A stretch of 64,000 bases of DNA from an uncultured Clostridia bacterium (GTDB lineage: Bacteria > Acidobacteriota > Aminicenantia > UBA2199), in the NCBI GenBank assembly GCA_964628035.1, contig CAZVPI010000005.1, positions 83,048 to 147,047 on the forward strand, in the 5' to 3' direction. Under the pieces are notes generated by a model that did no database searches, had not been told where the DNA came from, and was given only the letters and a program-made list of their open reading frames with translations. The translations under genes were made by a program, and so were the position numbers. Shown here piece by piece: positions 1 to 9,988 of the stretch. How positions within the stretch are numbered: position 1 is the first letter of the stretch; every line of letters begins with the position of its first letter.

Positions 1-42
1 GACGAGCCGCGCTTCGCGCGCAAGCCAAAAGGCGATGAGTAA
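1..42 (+). CDS. 3' end of an upstream CDS (partial, DEPRFARKPKGDE*)
   Basis: GC3-rich open frame from base 1 ending at TAA 40-42, followed by AT-richer intergenic DNA. Confidence 0.45.
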   Translation, partial: DEPRFARKPKGDE

Positions 43-271
43 AAGGCGAGAGTGAAAAAACGCACGGGGGTTGAGATCGCGAATTCCTAATCACCGGAGC
101 GAATTGTTTTCTTGCCTTTTCTCATCACTCATCACTTCAGTTCGTTGTGTTTCTTGCTGACAAGGACCCTGGCACTCCTACTCGCTTGTTTTCCGGCCGA
201 ACGCCGCACCCCCTGTGCCGTACGCCGAGTTGCGTCGGCTCCGGCCACGATTTCTGCCTGGCCCCGGCTTG

Positions 272-280
272 TGCTATAAT
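272..280 (+). promoter_or_regulatory. extended -10 promoter (TGcTATAAT) for metF-metH
   Basis: exact TGnTATAAT about 30 nt upstream of the metF ATG. Confidence 0.7.
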
Positions 281-309
281 CAAGCCACTTCGCATCCAGA
301 GGAACATCA

Positions 310-1272
310 ATGGCCAAGGTGATCGAATGGTTGCAGCATAACCGCAAGCTCCTGTTCTCGCTGGAGATCACCCCCCCCGACCGCGGCAAAAGCATGGAGG
401 ACATCCTCTCGGGCATCGAGCCGCTCATGCGCTACGAGCCGCAGTTCATCAACGTCACCTACCACCAGCCGCACATGGTCTACGACGAGAAGGACGGCGT
501 GATCAGCCGCAGGCCGCGGCGCAAGAAGCCGGGGACGGTCGGCATCTGCAGCGGCATCAAGAACCGCTTCCGGGTCGAGCCGGTGCCGCACCTGATCTGC
601 GGCAGCTTCAGCCGCTACGAGACCGAGGACACGCTGATCGACCTCCATTTCCTGGGCATCCAGAACCTCCTGGCCCTGCGCGGCGATCCGCCCCCGGGCC
701 AGGCCCAGTTCATCCCCGAGAAGGACGGACACCAGTACGCCTGCCAGCTGGTGGAACAGATCGCCCAGCTCAACCGCGGACAGTACCTGGACGATCTCGA
801 CGACCCGATCCCGACCAGCTTCTGCATCGGCGTGGCCGGCTACCCCGAGAAGCACTTCGAGTCGCCCAACCTGGAAAAGGACCTGCTCCATTTGAAGCGC
901 AAGGTCGACGCCGGGGCCGAGTACGTCATCACCCAGATGTTCTACGATTTCCGCCTCTACAAGGAGTTCGTGGAAAAGGCCCGCGCCGCCGGCATCCAGG
1001 CGCCGATCATCCCCGGCCTCAAGCCTCTGGTTTCCCGCAAGCAGATCGAGTCCATCCCCAGCGCCTTCCACGTCACCATCCCCGCCGAGCTCGTCGCCGC
1101 CATCGAGGACGCCCGCACCCGCGAGCAGGCCTTCGCGGGCGGCATCCGCTACATGGCGCGGCTGGTCGAAAAACTCCTGGAATACGGCGTGCCGGGCATC
1201 CACGTGTTCACCATGGGCAAGGGCAGCGCCGCCAGGGCCCTGCTGGAAGCGGTCTTCGCCGCCCGGAGCTGA
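310..1272 (+). CDS. metF: 5,10-methylenetetrahydrofolate reductase
   Basis: FSLEITPP, PHLIC, LALRGD, VAGYPEKH and ITQMFYD motifs; directly upstream of metH. Confidence 0.93.
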   Translation: MAKVIEWLQHNRKLLFSLEITPPDRGKSMEDILSGIEPLMRYEPQFINVTYHQPHMVYDEKDGVISRRPRRKKPGTVGICSGIKNRFRVEPVPHLICGSFSRYETEDTLIDLHFLGIQNLLALRGDPPPGQAQFIPEKDGHQYACQLVEQIAQLNRGQYLDDLDDPIPTSFCIGVAGYPEKHFESPNLEKDLLHLKRKVDAGAEYVITQMFYDFRLYKEFVEKARAAGIQAPIIPGLKPLVSRKQIESIPSAFHVTIPAELVAAIEDARTREQAFAGGIRYMARLVEKLLEYGVPGIHVFTMGKGSAARALLEAVFAARS

Positions 1273-1287
1273 ATCCGGAGGGCGCGG

Positions 1288-4200
1288 ATGGCCGTTGCAC
1301 GCAAGCCGGGGATCGCCGCGCTCGGGCGCGAGAAGGTCCTCGTCCTCGACGGCGCCATGGGAACGGCCATCATGGCCGCCGCCGCCCCCGAAGACTACCA
1401 CGGCCACGAGGGCTGCCACGACTACATCACCCTCTCCAGGCCCGACATCATCGCCGCCATCCACGCCGCCTACCTGGAGGCCGGCTGCGACATCGTCGAG
1501 ACCAACACCTTCGAGGCCCAGGCCACCGAGCTGGCCAAGCACGGCCTGGGCGAGCGCGCCTACGAGATCAACCGCCGCGCCGCCGAGCTGGCAGCAGGGG
1601 TGGCCGCCGACTTCAGCGGCAGCGGCCGGCCGCGCTACGTGGCCGGATCGATCGGCCCGGGCTCGCGCCTGCCCAGCCTGCAGCAGGTGGGCTTCCGGGA
1701 ACTGGAGGAGTCGTATTATGCCCAGGTGGCGGGACTTTTCGACGGCGGCGCCGACCTGTTCCAAATCGAGACCTGCCAGGACATGCTGCAGGCCAAGGCG
1801 GCGTTGAAGGCCCTGGGCCGCCTGTTCCGCGAGCGCCGCAGGCGGCGGCCGGTCAACCTGCTGGTCACACTGGACAAAAACCGCATGCTGCTGGGGACCG
1901 ATCCGCTGACGGCGCTGGCCACGTTCGCTCCCTTCCCCCTTTTCGCCTTCGGCGTCAACTGCGGCACCGGGCCCGAGGGGATGGCGGAGGCGGTACGCGG
2001 CCTGGCCGGCTCCTCTCCCTTCGCGCTGGCGGTGATGCCCAACGCCGGTTTGCCGCGCTTCCGGGACGGCCGCTATGCCTACGACCTGGAGCCCGAAGCC
2101 TTCGCCCGCCAGATGGAATCCTTCGTCCGCGTCCAGGGGGCGGTTGTCGTCGGCGGCTGCTGCGGATCCACGCCGGCCCACATACGCGCCCTGGCGGCCA
2201 AGGTGGGGGGATTGGCGCCTATGCGGCGCCCGCGCCGGCGCGCGCCGGCTTCCGCCACCTCGCTGTTCGCCAGCCAGGAGTTCCGCGTCGCGCCCAAGCC
2301 GCTGATCATCGGCGAGAGGACCAATGCCAGCGGCAGCAAGGCGTTCAAGCAGGCGCTGCTGGCCGGGGACCTGGAGGCCATGCTGGCGGTGGCCGCCGGC
2401 CAGGAGCGCGAGGGGGCGCATTTGCTCGACCTGAACGTGGCCTATGCCGGCCGCAACGAGGCCGAGGACATGGGGCGCATCGCCGCCCGGCTCAACTCGG
2501 GCTGCCGCCTGCCGCTCATGCTCGACTCGGCCAGCATCCCGGCGCTGCAAGCCGGGCTCGAGTCCTGCGCCGGCAGGGCGGTGATCAACTCGGTCAATCT
2601 CGAGGACGGGGGCGCCCGGGCCGAGGAGATCCTGACCCTGGCCCGGGACTTCGGCGCCGCCGTGGTCTGCCTGGCCATCGACGAGAAGGGGATGGCCAGG
2701 ACCCGCGCCAGGAAGGCCTCTGTGCTGGACCGCCTCCACGACTTGGCCCGGAGCCGTGGACTGCGCTCCCAGGACCTGTTCCTCGACCCGCTGACCTTCA
2801 CCCTGGCCTCCGGCGATCCCGGCCTCGCCGCCGCCGGGGTCGAGACCCTGGCCGCCCTGCCGCTGCTGAAAAAGCGCCTGCCCCGCTGCCATACCCTGCT
2901 GGGGGTCAGCAACGTCTCCTACGGGCTGCAGCCGGCGGCCCGGCGCCTGGTCAACGCCGTTTTCCTGTATCACGCCGTGCAGCGCGGGCTCGATGCCGCC
3001 ATCTTTCACGCCGGCCGCCTCGTGCCCCTGCACCGCATCGAGGCAAGCGAGATCGTCCTGGCGGAAAACCTGATCTTCAACCGCCGCCGCAACGGAGACC
3101 CGCTGCGGGCGCTCATCGGTCATTTTCAGGCCCTGGATGGCAAGCCGGCCGTTGCCCCGGCCAGTGCCCTGACCCCTGGAGAGCGGCTGCGCCAGGCCGT
3201 TCTCAGCGGCGTGGCCGCCGGGCTGGACAGGGACCTGGAGGTCCTGGCCGCCGCCCAGCCGGCGCTGGAGATCGTCAACGGCATCCTGCTGCCGGCCATG
3301 GCCGAGGTGGGGGAGCTGTTCGAGAAGGGGATCATGCAGCTTCCCTTTGTCCTGCAGGCGGCCGAGGTGGTCAAGGCGGCCCTGGACCTGCTCGAACCGC
3401 GCCTGCCCAAGGCCGGGACGGAGGCGCGCGGCTCGATGGTCCTGGCCACCGTCAGGGGCGATGTCCACGACATCGGCAAGAACCTGGTCGACATCATCCT
3501 GCGCAGCAACGGCTACCGCGTGTTCAACATCGGCACCAACCAGGGCGGGGAGGAAATCGCCGCCGCCGTCAGGCGCCACCGGCCCAGCCACGTGGGCCTG
3601 AGCGCGCTGCTGGTCCGCTCCACCCTGGAGATGGAAGGCATCCTGCGGCGGCTGGACCAGGAGGGGATCGGCGTGCCGGTGATCTGCGGCGGCGCCGCCC
3701 TCACCCCTTCGTTCGTCGCCTCGGTGCTGCGCCCGGTCTATCCGGGCGAGGTCGCCTACGCATCCGACGCCTTCTCGGCCATGAAGATCATGGCCGGAGG
3801 CGAAATCCCCATCCGGGATGCCGCCCCTGGGGCGCCGCCCCGGGCGGCGATGCCGGAACCCGTCCTGCCCGCTCCCGCACTGCGCCCGCCGTTCTTGGGC
3901 GCCCGCACGGCCAGCTGGACCCTGCAGGATCTCCTGCCGCGCATCGATCGCCGGGTGCTGGCGCGGGCGCGCTGGCGCATGGAGCCGGGGGAAAAGGCCG
4001 GGCAGTTTCTCGATGATACGCTGGCCTTGCTCGCGGAGAGGGGCATCGACGGGTTTTCCGCCGCCTACGGCTACTTCCCCTGTAGGCGCCATGGCGAGAA
4101 CGGCCTGGCGATCGCATGGGGCGGCGAGGAGTGCCTCCTGGAGTTCCCCAGGCGCCAGGGGCTGTCGCTGGCCGATTACTTCTCCCCGGAGGGCGACACG

Positions 4201-4557
4201 GCGCCCCTGTTGATCGCCAGCTGCGGCCAAGCGCTTACGGCGCTGGAGAAAGAGCTATTCGCCAGCGACCGCTACAGCCGCTACCTGATCCTGCACGGCT
4301 TCGGGGCCGAATTGGCCGAGGCGCTGGCCGCCGCGGCCCACGACCGCATCCGCCGGGAGCTGGGGATCGGCGAAAATCAGGGGAGGAGGTTCAGCCCTGG
4401 GTTCCCGGCCTGGCCCGGGCTGGCCGACCAGAAGGCCATCGCCAGGCTGCTTGATGCCGCCAGAATCGGCGTGAGCGTCAGCCAGGGCGACCAGCTCGTT
4501 CCCGAGCTGAGCGTCAGCGCCCTGGTCGTCTGCCACCCCCAGGCCGAGTATGTCTAG
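1288..4557 (+). CDS. metH: cobalamin-dependent methionine synthase
   Basis: LDGAMGT, GVNCG, GGCCG, IGERTNASGSK, DVHDIGKN B12-binding motif, C-terminal RFSPGFP reactivation domain. Confidence 0.95.
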   Translation: MAVARKPGIAALGREKVLVLDGAMGTAIMAAAAPEDYHGHEGCHDYITLSRPDIIAAIHAAYLEAGCDIVETNTFEAQATELAKHGLGERAYEINRRAAELAAGVAADFSGSGRPRYVAGSIGPGSRLPSLQQVGFRELEESYYAQVAGLFDGGADLFQIETCQDMLQAKAALKALGRLFRERRRRRPVNLLVTLDKNRMLLGTDPLTALATFAPFPLFAFGVNCGTGPEGMAEAVRGLAGSSPFALAVMPNAGLPRFRDGRYAYDLEPEAFARQMESFVRVQGAVVVGGCCGSTPAHIRALAAKVGGLAPMRRPRRRAPASATSLFASQEFRVAPKPLIIGERTNASGSKAFKQALLAGDLEAMLAVAAGQEREGAHLLDLNVAYAGRNEAEDMGRIAARLNSGCRLPLMLDSASIPALQAGLESCAGRAVINSVNLEDGGARAEEILTLARDFGAAVVCLAIDEKGMARTRARKASVLDRLHDLARSRGLRSQDLFLDPLTFTLASGDPGLAAAGVETLAALPLLKKRLPRCHTLLGVSNVSYGLQPAARRLVNAVFLYHAVQRGLDAAIFHAGRLVPLHRIEASEIVLAENLIFNRRRNGDPLRALIGHFQALDGKPAVAPASALTPGERLRQAVLSGVAAGLDRDLEVLAAAQPALEIVNGILLPAMAEVGELFEKGIMQLPFVLQAAEVVKAALDLLEPRLPKAGTEARGSMVLATVRGDVHDIGKNLVDIILRSNGYRVFNIGTNQGGEEIAAAVRRHRPSHVGLSALLVRSTLEMEGILRRLDQEGIGVPVICGGAALTPSFVASVLRPVYPGEVAYASDAFSAMKIMAGGEIPIRDAAPGAPPRAAMPEPVLPAPALRPPFLGARTASWTLQDLLPRIDRRVLARARWRMEPGEKAGQFLDDTLALLAERGIDGFSAAYGYFPCRRHGENGLAIAWGGEECLLEFPRRQGLSLADYFSPEGDTAPLLIASCGQALTALEKELFASDRYSRYLILHGFGAELAEALAAAAHDRIRRELGIGENQGRRFSPGFPAWPGLADQKAIARLLDAARIGVSVSQGDQLVPELSVSALVVCHPQAEYV

Positions 4558-4629
4558 GCCGGCAGCGGACCCTGGTGCCCGAAAAACAAGGCAACACAGG
4601 GCTGCGGCCGCAACCCGGGCAGCCTCCCG

Positions 4630-5025
4630 TTCCAGACCGGTCTGGCCGAGAGCTTCGGCCGCTGGCTCCTGGCCCTTTCCGGGGCCGAATCGCTCTGGGT
4701 CCCCAGCCTCGCCGCCGTGTTCATCGCCATCGTCGCCAGCGAGACGACCTCCAATACCGCGGCCGCCAACATGGTGGTGCCGGTGATCATTTCCCTGGCC
4801 CTGGCGGCGCGGCTGAACCCGGTGCCGCCGGCGCTGGGCGCCATCCTGGGCTGCAGCTGGGGCTTCATGCTGCCTGTCTCGACCCCGCCCAACGCCATCG
4901 TCTACGGCTCGGGCATGGTGCCCATCGTGCGCATGATCCGCGCCGGCTTCCTGTTCGACCTGGCCGGCGGCGTGGTGATCTGGGCCGGACTGCGCCTGCT
5001 GCTGCCGCCGGCGGGGCTGGCTTGA
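4630..5025 (+). pseudogene. C-terminal remnant of a DASS/SLC13 family anion transporter
   Basis: FQTGLA...SETTSNTAAAN...MLPVSTPPNAIVYGSG motif over about 130 aa; frame is closed upstream by TAG 4555-4557 with no start codon or N-terminal half. Confidence 0.75.
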
Positions 5026-5075
5026 GCCAAGTCCCGCTCCCCGGTCCCGGATCGACGCTGCAGGGCGGGTTGAGG

Positions 5076-5104
5076 TTGACTTTTCCCCCCCCGCTCCCTA
5101 TAAT
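5076..5104 (+). promoter_or_regulatory. sigma70-type promoter TTGACT-N17-TATAAT for the phoH operon
   Basis: near-consensus -35 and -10 with 17-bp spacer. Confidence 0.8.
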
Positions 5105-5140
5105 TCAGGCAATGAGAAGACCAAGGATGGGTTTCTTTTA

Positions 5141-6082
5141 ATGGAAGAGTTCATAGGCCCGGACAGGCTGGGCGACCACTTCCCCTTCCTGATCGAGAAA
5201 AACCTTGATGCGCTCGAGGCGGCCTTCGGGCTGGAGATCGCCCTGCGCGGCCACAAGGTCATGTTTTCGGGGGGGGGCGCCCAGGCCCGGAAATTCAGGA
5301 GATTCCTGGAGCACCTGGCCCGGCTGGGCGAAGAGAAGGGCCGGCTGCAGGAGCACGATCTCCAGTTCAGCCTGAACCTGGCTTCCGAGGGCAGGCTGGA
5401 CCAGGCCCCGGGCGACGCCTTCCAGAAAAACCTCATCCACGTCAACGGCAAGGAGGTCTTTCCCAAGACCCTCAACCAGCGCGCCTACGTCCAGGCCATC
5501 CTCGACCGCGACATGGTCTTCGGCATCGGCCCGGCGGGGACGGGCAAGACCTTCCTGGCCATCGCCTGCGCCCTGAACTTCCTGATCGAGCGCCGCGTCG
5601 AGCGCATCGTCCTGACCCGCCCGGTGGTCGAGGCCGGCGAGAAGCTGGGTTTCCTGCCCGGCGACATCCAGCAGAAGATCAACCCCTACCTGAGGCCGCT
5701 CTACGACGCCCTGTACTTCCTCATCGGCTTTGAGAGGACCTCGGAACTCATCGAGAAGGGGATCATCGAGATCGCGCCCCTGGCCTACATGCGCGGCCGC
5801 ACCATCAACGACGCCTTCATCATCCTCGACGAGGGTCAGAACACGGTCGACTCGCAGATGAAGATGTTCCTGACCCGCTTCGGGCTGAACTCGCGGGTGG
5901 TGGTCACGGCCGACATCACCCAGATCGACCTGGAGCATCCCAGGAAATCGGGGATTTTCAGGGCCATCCGCATCCTGAAGGACGTTCCGGGGATCGGCAT
6001 CACCCGCCTGACCAAAAAGGACATTGTGCGCCACCCCCTGATCCAGCGCATCATCGAGGCGTACGAAAAGGCGGAAAAATGA
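5141..6082 (+). CDS. phoH: PhoH-family ATPase
   Basis: GPAGTGKT Walker A, LTRPVVEAGEKLGFLPG, YMRGRT, LDEGQN, RHPL. Confidence 0.93.
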   Translation: MEEFIGPDRLGDHFPFLIEKNLDALEAAFGLEIALRGHKVMFSGGGAQARKFRRFLEHLARLGEEKGRLQEHDLQFSLNLASEGRLDQAPGDAFQKNLIHVNGKEVFPKTLNQRAYVQAILDRDMVFGIGPAGTGKTFLAIACALNFLIERRVERIVLTRPVVEAGEKLGFLPGDIQQKINPYLRPLYDALYFLIGFERTSELIEKGIIEIAPLAYMRGRTINDAFIILDEGQNTVDSQMKMFLTRFGLNSRVVVTADITQIDLEHPRKSGIFRAIRILKDVPGIGITRLTKKDIVRHPLIQRIIEAYEKAEK

Positions 6083-8355
6083 CCCTCGACCTGGAACGCA
6101 AGGCCAAGAAGCAGCGCCCCGATGCGCGCGGGCGCCCGGGTTCGCCATGGGGCAGGCTCCTGATCGGGGCTTTCTTCGTCACCGTCCTCTCCTACGTCAC
6201 CTACGCGCCGCCGGAGCGCTCCATCCGCGAGACGGAGCTGAAGGTCGGCGACATCGCCGGGGCCGACGTCGTCATCCGCAAGGACATGACGGTCGAGGAC
6301 AAGGAGATGACCGAGCAGAACCGCAAGCAGGCCCTGGCGGCGCTGATCCCGGTCTACGAATTCAACGCCCAGAAAATCGAGAGCGGCCAGATGCTGCTCA
6401 CCGAATGGTTCCGGGTGCTGCTCGACTCGCGCAAGGAGGTCCTGCAGCGGCGGCTGGGCCTGGAGGAACTGCGCGCCCGGCTGCGCGAGAACTTCGGCAT
6501 CGAGATGCCGCCGCAGGCCCTGCAGGCGCTGCTGCGGGCCAACACCTTCGCCAAGATCGACCTGCAGAGGCTTCTGGTCGAGATCCGGGCCTGGGGGGAG
6601 AAAGGGATCCTGCTGTCGCGCATCGGCGTCCCCCGCGGCGAGGGGGAGGCGATCACCGTCTACAATGAAAAGAAGGGCTACTCCCCGGCCCGCCTGGGCG
6701 ACTTCTACGATCTCAACGACATCGACGCCAGGCTGGCAACGCTGCTGGCCGGGTTCCGCCTGGAGAAATGGGAGCGCGAAGCGGTCAAGCCCCTGCTGCT
6801 CGAGTTCATCAGCCCCAACGTCACCTTTTCCAAGGTGCTGACCCGGCTGCAGGAGGAAAAGGCCCTGGCCCAGGTCAACCCGGTCTTCCTGCGCCTCAAG
6901 AAGGGCAAGATCATCCTGCGCAGCGGCGACGAGGTCAACCAGGACCACCTGCGCCTGATCGGGCTGATCGCCGCCGAGGAGAAGACCAGCACGCGGCGCA
7001 TTCCCGGCCTGCTCTTCATCCTGGCGACCCTGGGCCTGCTGTTCTTTTTCTTCTGGCGCCTGAACACGCTGTCCAAGACCGGCGGCATCAACCGCCCGCG
7101 CCTGAATTTCGTGTCGGGCGTGACCCTCATCGCCTCGGCCCTGCTCTACCGGCTGGCTCTTTTCATCTACCCGCTGGTCTTCCAGAACCTGGCCTTCACC
7201 GTGCCGGTGGACGGCAACGTGCTGGTCTACGCCATCCCCTTCGCCGTCGGGGCGCTGATCATCGCCTTCCTGTTCGACCTGCAGAGCGCCGTCATCTTCT
7301 CCTTCCTCAACGCCGTGGTCGGCGCCTTCGCCTGCGACTGGGACTTCCAGGTCCTGCTCTATGTTCTGGCCGGCAACCTGGCCGCCGCCTTCGGCATCGA
7401 GTTCTACCAGCGCTTGAAGCGCTCCTCCATCCTTAAGGCCTCCTTTTTCTGGCTGCTGCCGGTCAACATCCTGGCCACCCTGCTCTTCTCCCTCTCCCGC
7501 GAGGACGCCTCCTGGCTGGCCACGGCCTTCGCCGTGCTGATGGGCATCCTGGCGGCGCTGCTGTCGGCCTTCGTGGCCAACTTCATGATCCCGCTGTGGG
7601 AGGTGATCTTCAAGCTGGTCACCGACCTGAAGCTCGTCGAGATCACCAACCTCAACCTGCCCTGCTTCCGCGAGATGCTGGAAAAGGCGCCCGGCACCTA
7701 CCACCACTCGCAGATGGTGGCCTCGCTGGCCGAGGCCGCGGCCCAGGAGCTGGAGCTGTCGCCGCTGCTGGTGCGGGCCATGGCCCTGTACCACGACATC
7801 GGCAAGGTCGACAACCCGCAGTTCTTCACCGAGAACCAGTCGGTCTACGAGGACCCGCACGGGAAGCTGACGCCGCTGGAGAGCGCCAAGGTCATCATCT
7901 CGCACATTCCCCTCGGCCTGGAGAAGGCCGAGCGGCTGAAGCTGCCGGCCAAGGTCGCCCAGGCGATCTCCCAGCACCACGGCACCAAGCTGGTGCAGTT
8001 CTTCCACGCCCGGGCCAAGGAGCAGAGCGCCGGACGCATGGACGAGTTCGACGAGAACATGTTCCGCTACCCCGGCCGCAAGCCGCAGCAGGTGGAGGAG
8101 GCCGTCCTCATGATCGCCGACCAGGTGGAGGCGGCCACCAAGAGCCTCAGCGCCCCCAAGGACGAGGATATCCGCAACGTGGTGCAGAAGATCATCGCCG
8201 CCGACATCGCCGAGGGCCAGTTCGACGAATGCGACGGCCTGACCTTCAAGGCGCTCAACATCGTCGCCGGCAGCTTCTACTCCAAGCTGGCCTCCATCTA
8301 CCACCAGCGCATCTCCTACCCGGGCTTCGACTTCGGCCGCGAGGAGGCGAAATGA
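6079..8355 (+). CDS. 7TM-HD (HDIG) phosphohydrolase, PgpH-like cyclic-di-AMP phosphodiesterase family
   Basis: extracytoplasmic domain, multi-TM region, APGTYHHS, YHDIGK, QHHGT, IADQVEA; conserved position between phoH and ybeY. Confidence 0.85.
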   Translation: MTLDLERKAKKQRPDARGRPGSPWGRLLIGAFFVTVLSYVTYAPPERSIRETELKVGDIAGADVVIRKDMTVEDKEMTEQNRKQALAALIPVYEFNAQKIESGQMLLTEWFRVLLDSRKEVLQRRLGLEELRARLRENFGIEMPPQALQALLRANTFAKIDLQRLLVEIRAWGEKGILLSRIGVPRGEGEAITVYNEKKGYSPARLGDFYDLNDIDARLATLLAGFRLEKWEREAVKPLLLEFISPNVTFSKVLTRLQEEKALAQVNPVFLRLKKGKIILRSGDEVNQDHLRLIGLIAAEEKTSTRRIPGLLFILATLGLLFFFFWRLNTLSKTGGINRPRLNFVSGVTLIASALLYRLALFIYPLVFQNLAFTVPVDGNVLVYAIPFAVGALIIAFLFDLQSAVIFSFLNAVVGAFACDWDFQVLLYVLAGNLAAAFGIEFYQRLKRSSILKASFFWLLPVNILATLLFSLSREDASWLATAFAVLMGILAALLSAFVANFMIPLWEVIFKLVTDLKLVEITNLNLPCFREMLEKAPGTYHHSQMVASLAEAAAQELELSPLLVRAMALYHDIGKVDNPQFFTENQSVYEDPHGKLTPLESAKVIISHIPLGLEKAERLKLPAKVAQAISQHHGTKLVQFFHARAKEQSAGRMDEFDENMFRYPGRKPQQVEEAVLMIADQVEAATKSLSAPKDEDIRNVVQKIIAADIAEGQFDECDGLTFKALNIVAGSFYSKLASIYHQRISYPGFDFGREEAK

Positions 8356-8771
8356 TCGCCCTGCAGCGTCAGGGATTCGCCCGGCCGGCGCCGGGGTTTT
8401 CCGCCCTGCTGCGCCGCGTCGCCGCCCGCGCCGGGCTCGAGGGGCGGGCGACGGTGCGCCTGGCCGGCGAGGCGGAGATGCGCGCCCTGAACCGCGAGTA
8501 CCGCGGCCGCGACCGCGCCACCGACGTGCTCAGCTTCCCGCTGGGGGAGGCGCTGCCCGCGGGCGGCCTCTATGCCGGCGACGTGCTGATCTGCGTGCCG
8601 CTGGCCGAGGCCCAGGCGCGGCGCCAGGGCCACTCCCTGGCCCGCGAGCTGCTGCTGCTGTCCATCCACGGCCTGCTGCACCTGAAGGGCATGGACCACG
8701 AGACCGACGGCGGGCGCATGCTGCGCCTGCAGCAGCGGCTGTTCGCCGAGTTTGCCCGGGAGCTGAAATGA
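8352..8771 (+). CDS. ybeY: rRNA maturation endoribonuclease YbeY
   Basis: LNREYRG, TDVLSF, HGLLHLKGMDH; ATG overlaps the upstream stop. Confidence 0.93.
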   Translation: MIALQRQGFARPAPGFSALLRRVAARAGLEGRATVRLAGEAEMRALNREYRGRDRATDVLSFPLGEALPAGGLYAGDVLICVPLAEAQARRQGHSLARELLLLSIHGLLHLKGMDHETDGGRMLRLQQRLFAEFARELK

Positions 8772-9988
8772 GCGTCGCCGCCCTGCTGCTGCTGTTCCTG
8801 GCCGCCCTGCTGTTCCACCTGCTGGAGAGCGCCTTCGAGAGCTTTTCGCGCATCTCGCTGGCCCGCTTCCTGGCCGGCATGGAGGGGCGGCGGCTGCCGC
8901 GCTTCCCCTTCGTGGAAAAGTTCGACCTGGTCATCCATTCGCTGGAGACGGTGGTCTTCGTGCTGCAGATCGTGCTGATGCTCTGCACCTTCCGCCAGCT
9001 GCGCCAGGCCCTGCCCTCGCCGCTGCTGCGCATCCTGCTGATCGGCCTGTTCTACCTGGTCTTCTTCAACGTGGTCTTCTACGTTTTGGCCTACCGCAAC
9101 CGCGAGGCCGTGCTGCGGGCCCTGATCTTCCTCTTCCCCGTGGCCTGGTTCCTGTTCTACCCGCTGAACTACGTCTTCTCGCTGCTGCTCAAGGAGAACG
9201 CCGTGGATCCCAAGCAGGAGTCGGAGGACGGCGAGATCACCGACGAGCAGGTGGAGGTGTTCCTGGAAGAGGGGGCCAAGGAGGGGGTGATCGAGAAGGA
9301 GGACCAGGAGATGATCGAGAGCGTCCTCGAGTTCGGCGACACCCTGGCCAAGGAGATCATGACCCCGCGGGTCAACACCGTCTACGTGCACATCGACTCC
9401 AGCCTGGAGGAGATCGTGGCCGTCATCCGCGAGAAGAAAAAGTCGCGGCTGCCGGTCGCCGCCGACAAGCTGGACAACGTCGAGGGCATCATCCTGGCCA
9501 AGGACGTCCTCGACTCCTGGGGGCGGAGCGACTTCGACATCCGCCGCATCCTGCGCCCGCCCTTCTTCGTCCCCGAGACCATGCGCATCCTGGAGCTGAT
9601 GAAGGAGATGCAGCGCACGAACCAGAAGTTCGCCATCGTCAGCGACGAGTTCGGCGGCGTCTCCGGCGTGATCAGCATGGAGGACATCATCGAGGAGATC
9701 GTCGGCGACATCAAGGACGAGTACGACGACGAGCTGGAGCCGATCGCCCGCGACCGCGACGGCTGGACCGTGCGCGGCGACACCTCCATCTACGAGCTGA
9801 ACGAGTCGCTGGACATCGAGATCGACGACAGCGCCGACTACCAGACCGTGGCCGGCCTGATCAGCTGCCTGCTGGGGCGCATACCGGCCGCCGGCGACCG
9901 CGTGACGGCCGAGGGGCACGCCTTCGAGGTGCGCGAGATGGAGCGCAACCGCATCAAGTCGGTGCGCGTCACCCGTGAAAAAAAGTAG
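8768..9988 (+). CDS. hemolysin-like CNNM/CBS/CorC-domain membrane protein
   Basis: N-terminal TM segments, EIMTPR, SRLPV, DEFGGVSG, EDIIEEIVGDIKDEYD, CorC-type C-terminus. Confidence 0.88.
   Translation: MSVAALLLLFLAALLFHLLESAFESFSRISLARFLAGMEGRRLPRFPFVEKFDLVIHSLETVVFVLQIVLMLCTFRQLRQALPSPLLRILLIGLFYLVFFNVVFYVLAYRNREAVLRALIFLFPVAWFLFYPLNYVFSLLLKENAVDPKQESEDGEITDEQVEVFLEEGAKEGVIEKEDQEMIESVLEFGDTLAKEIMTPRVNTVYVHIDSSLEEIVAVIREKKKSRLPVAADKLDNVEGIILAKDVLDSWGRSDFDIRRILRPPFFVPETMRILELMKEMQRTNQKFAIVSDEFGGVSGVISMEDIIEEIVGDIKDEYDDELEPIARDRDGWTVRGDTSIYELNESLDIEIDDSADYQTVAGLISCLLGRIPAAGDRVTAEGHAFEVREMERNRIKSVRVTREKK

Noticed and set aside
307-4230. Very long antisense and alternate-frame ORFs (for example 307-4230, 5836-8304, 12480-14465, 58619-60877)
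   Set aside because: They are shadows of GC3-rich real genes on the other strand or frame and carry no recognisable motifs.
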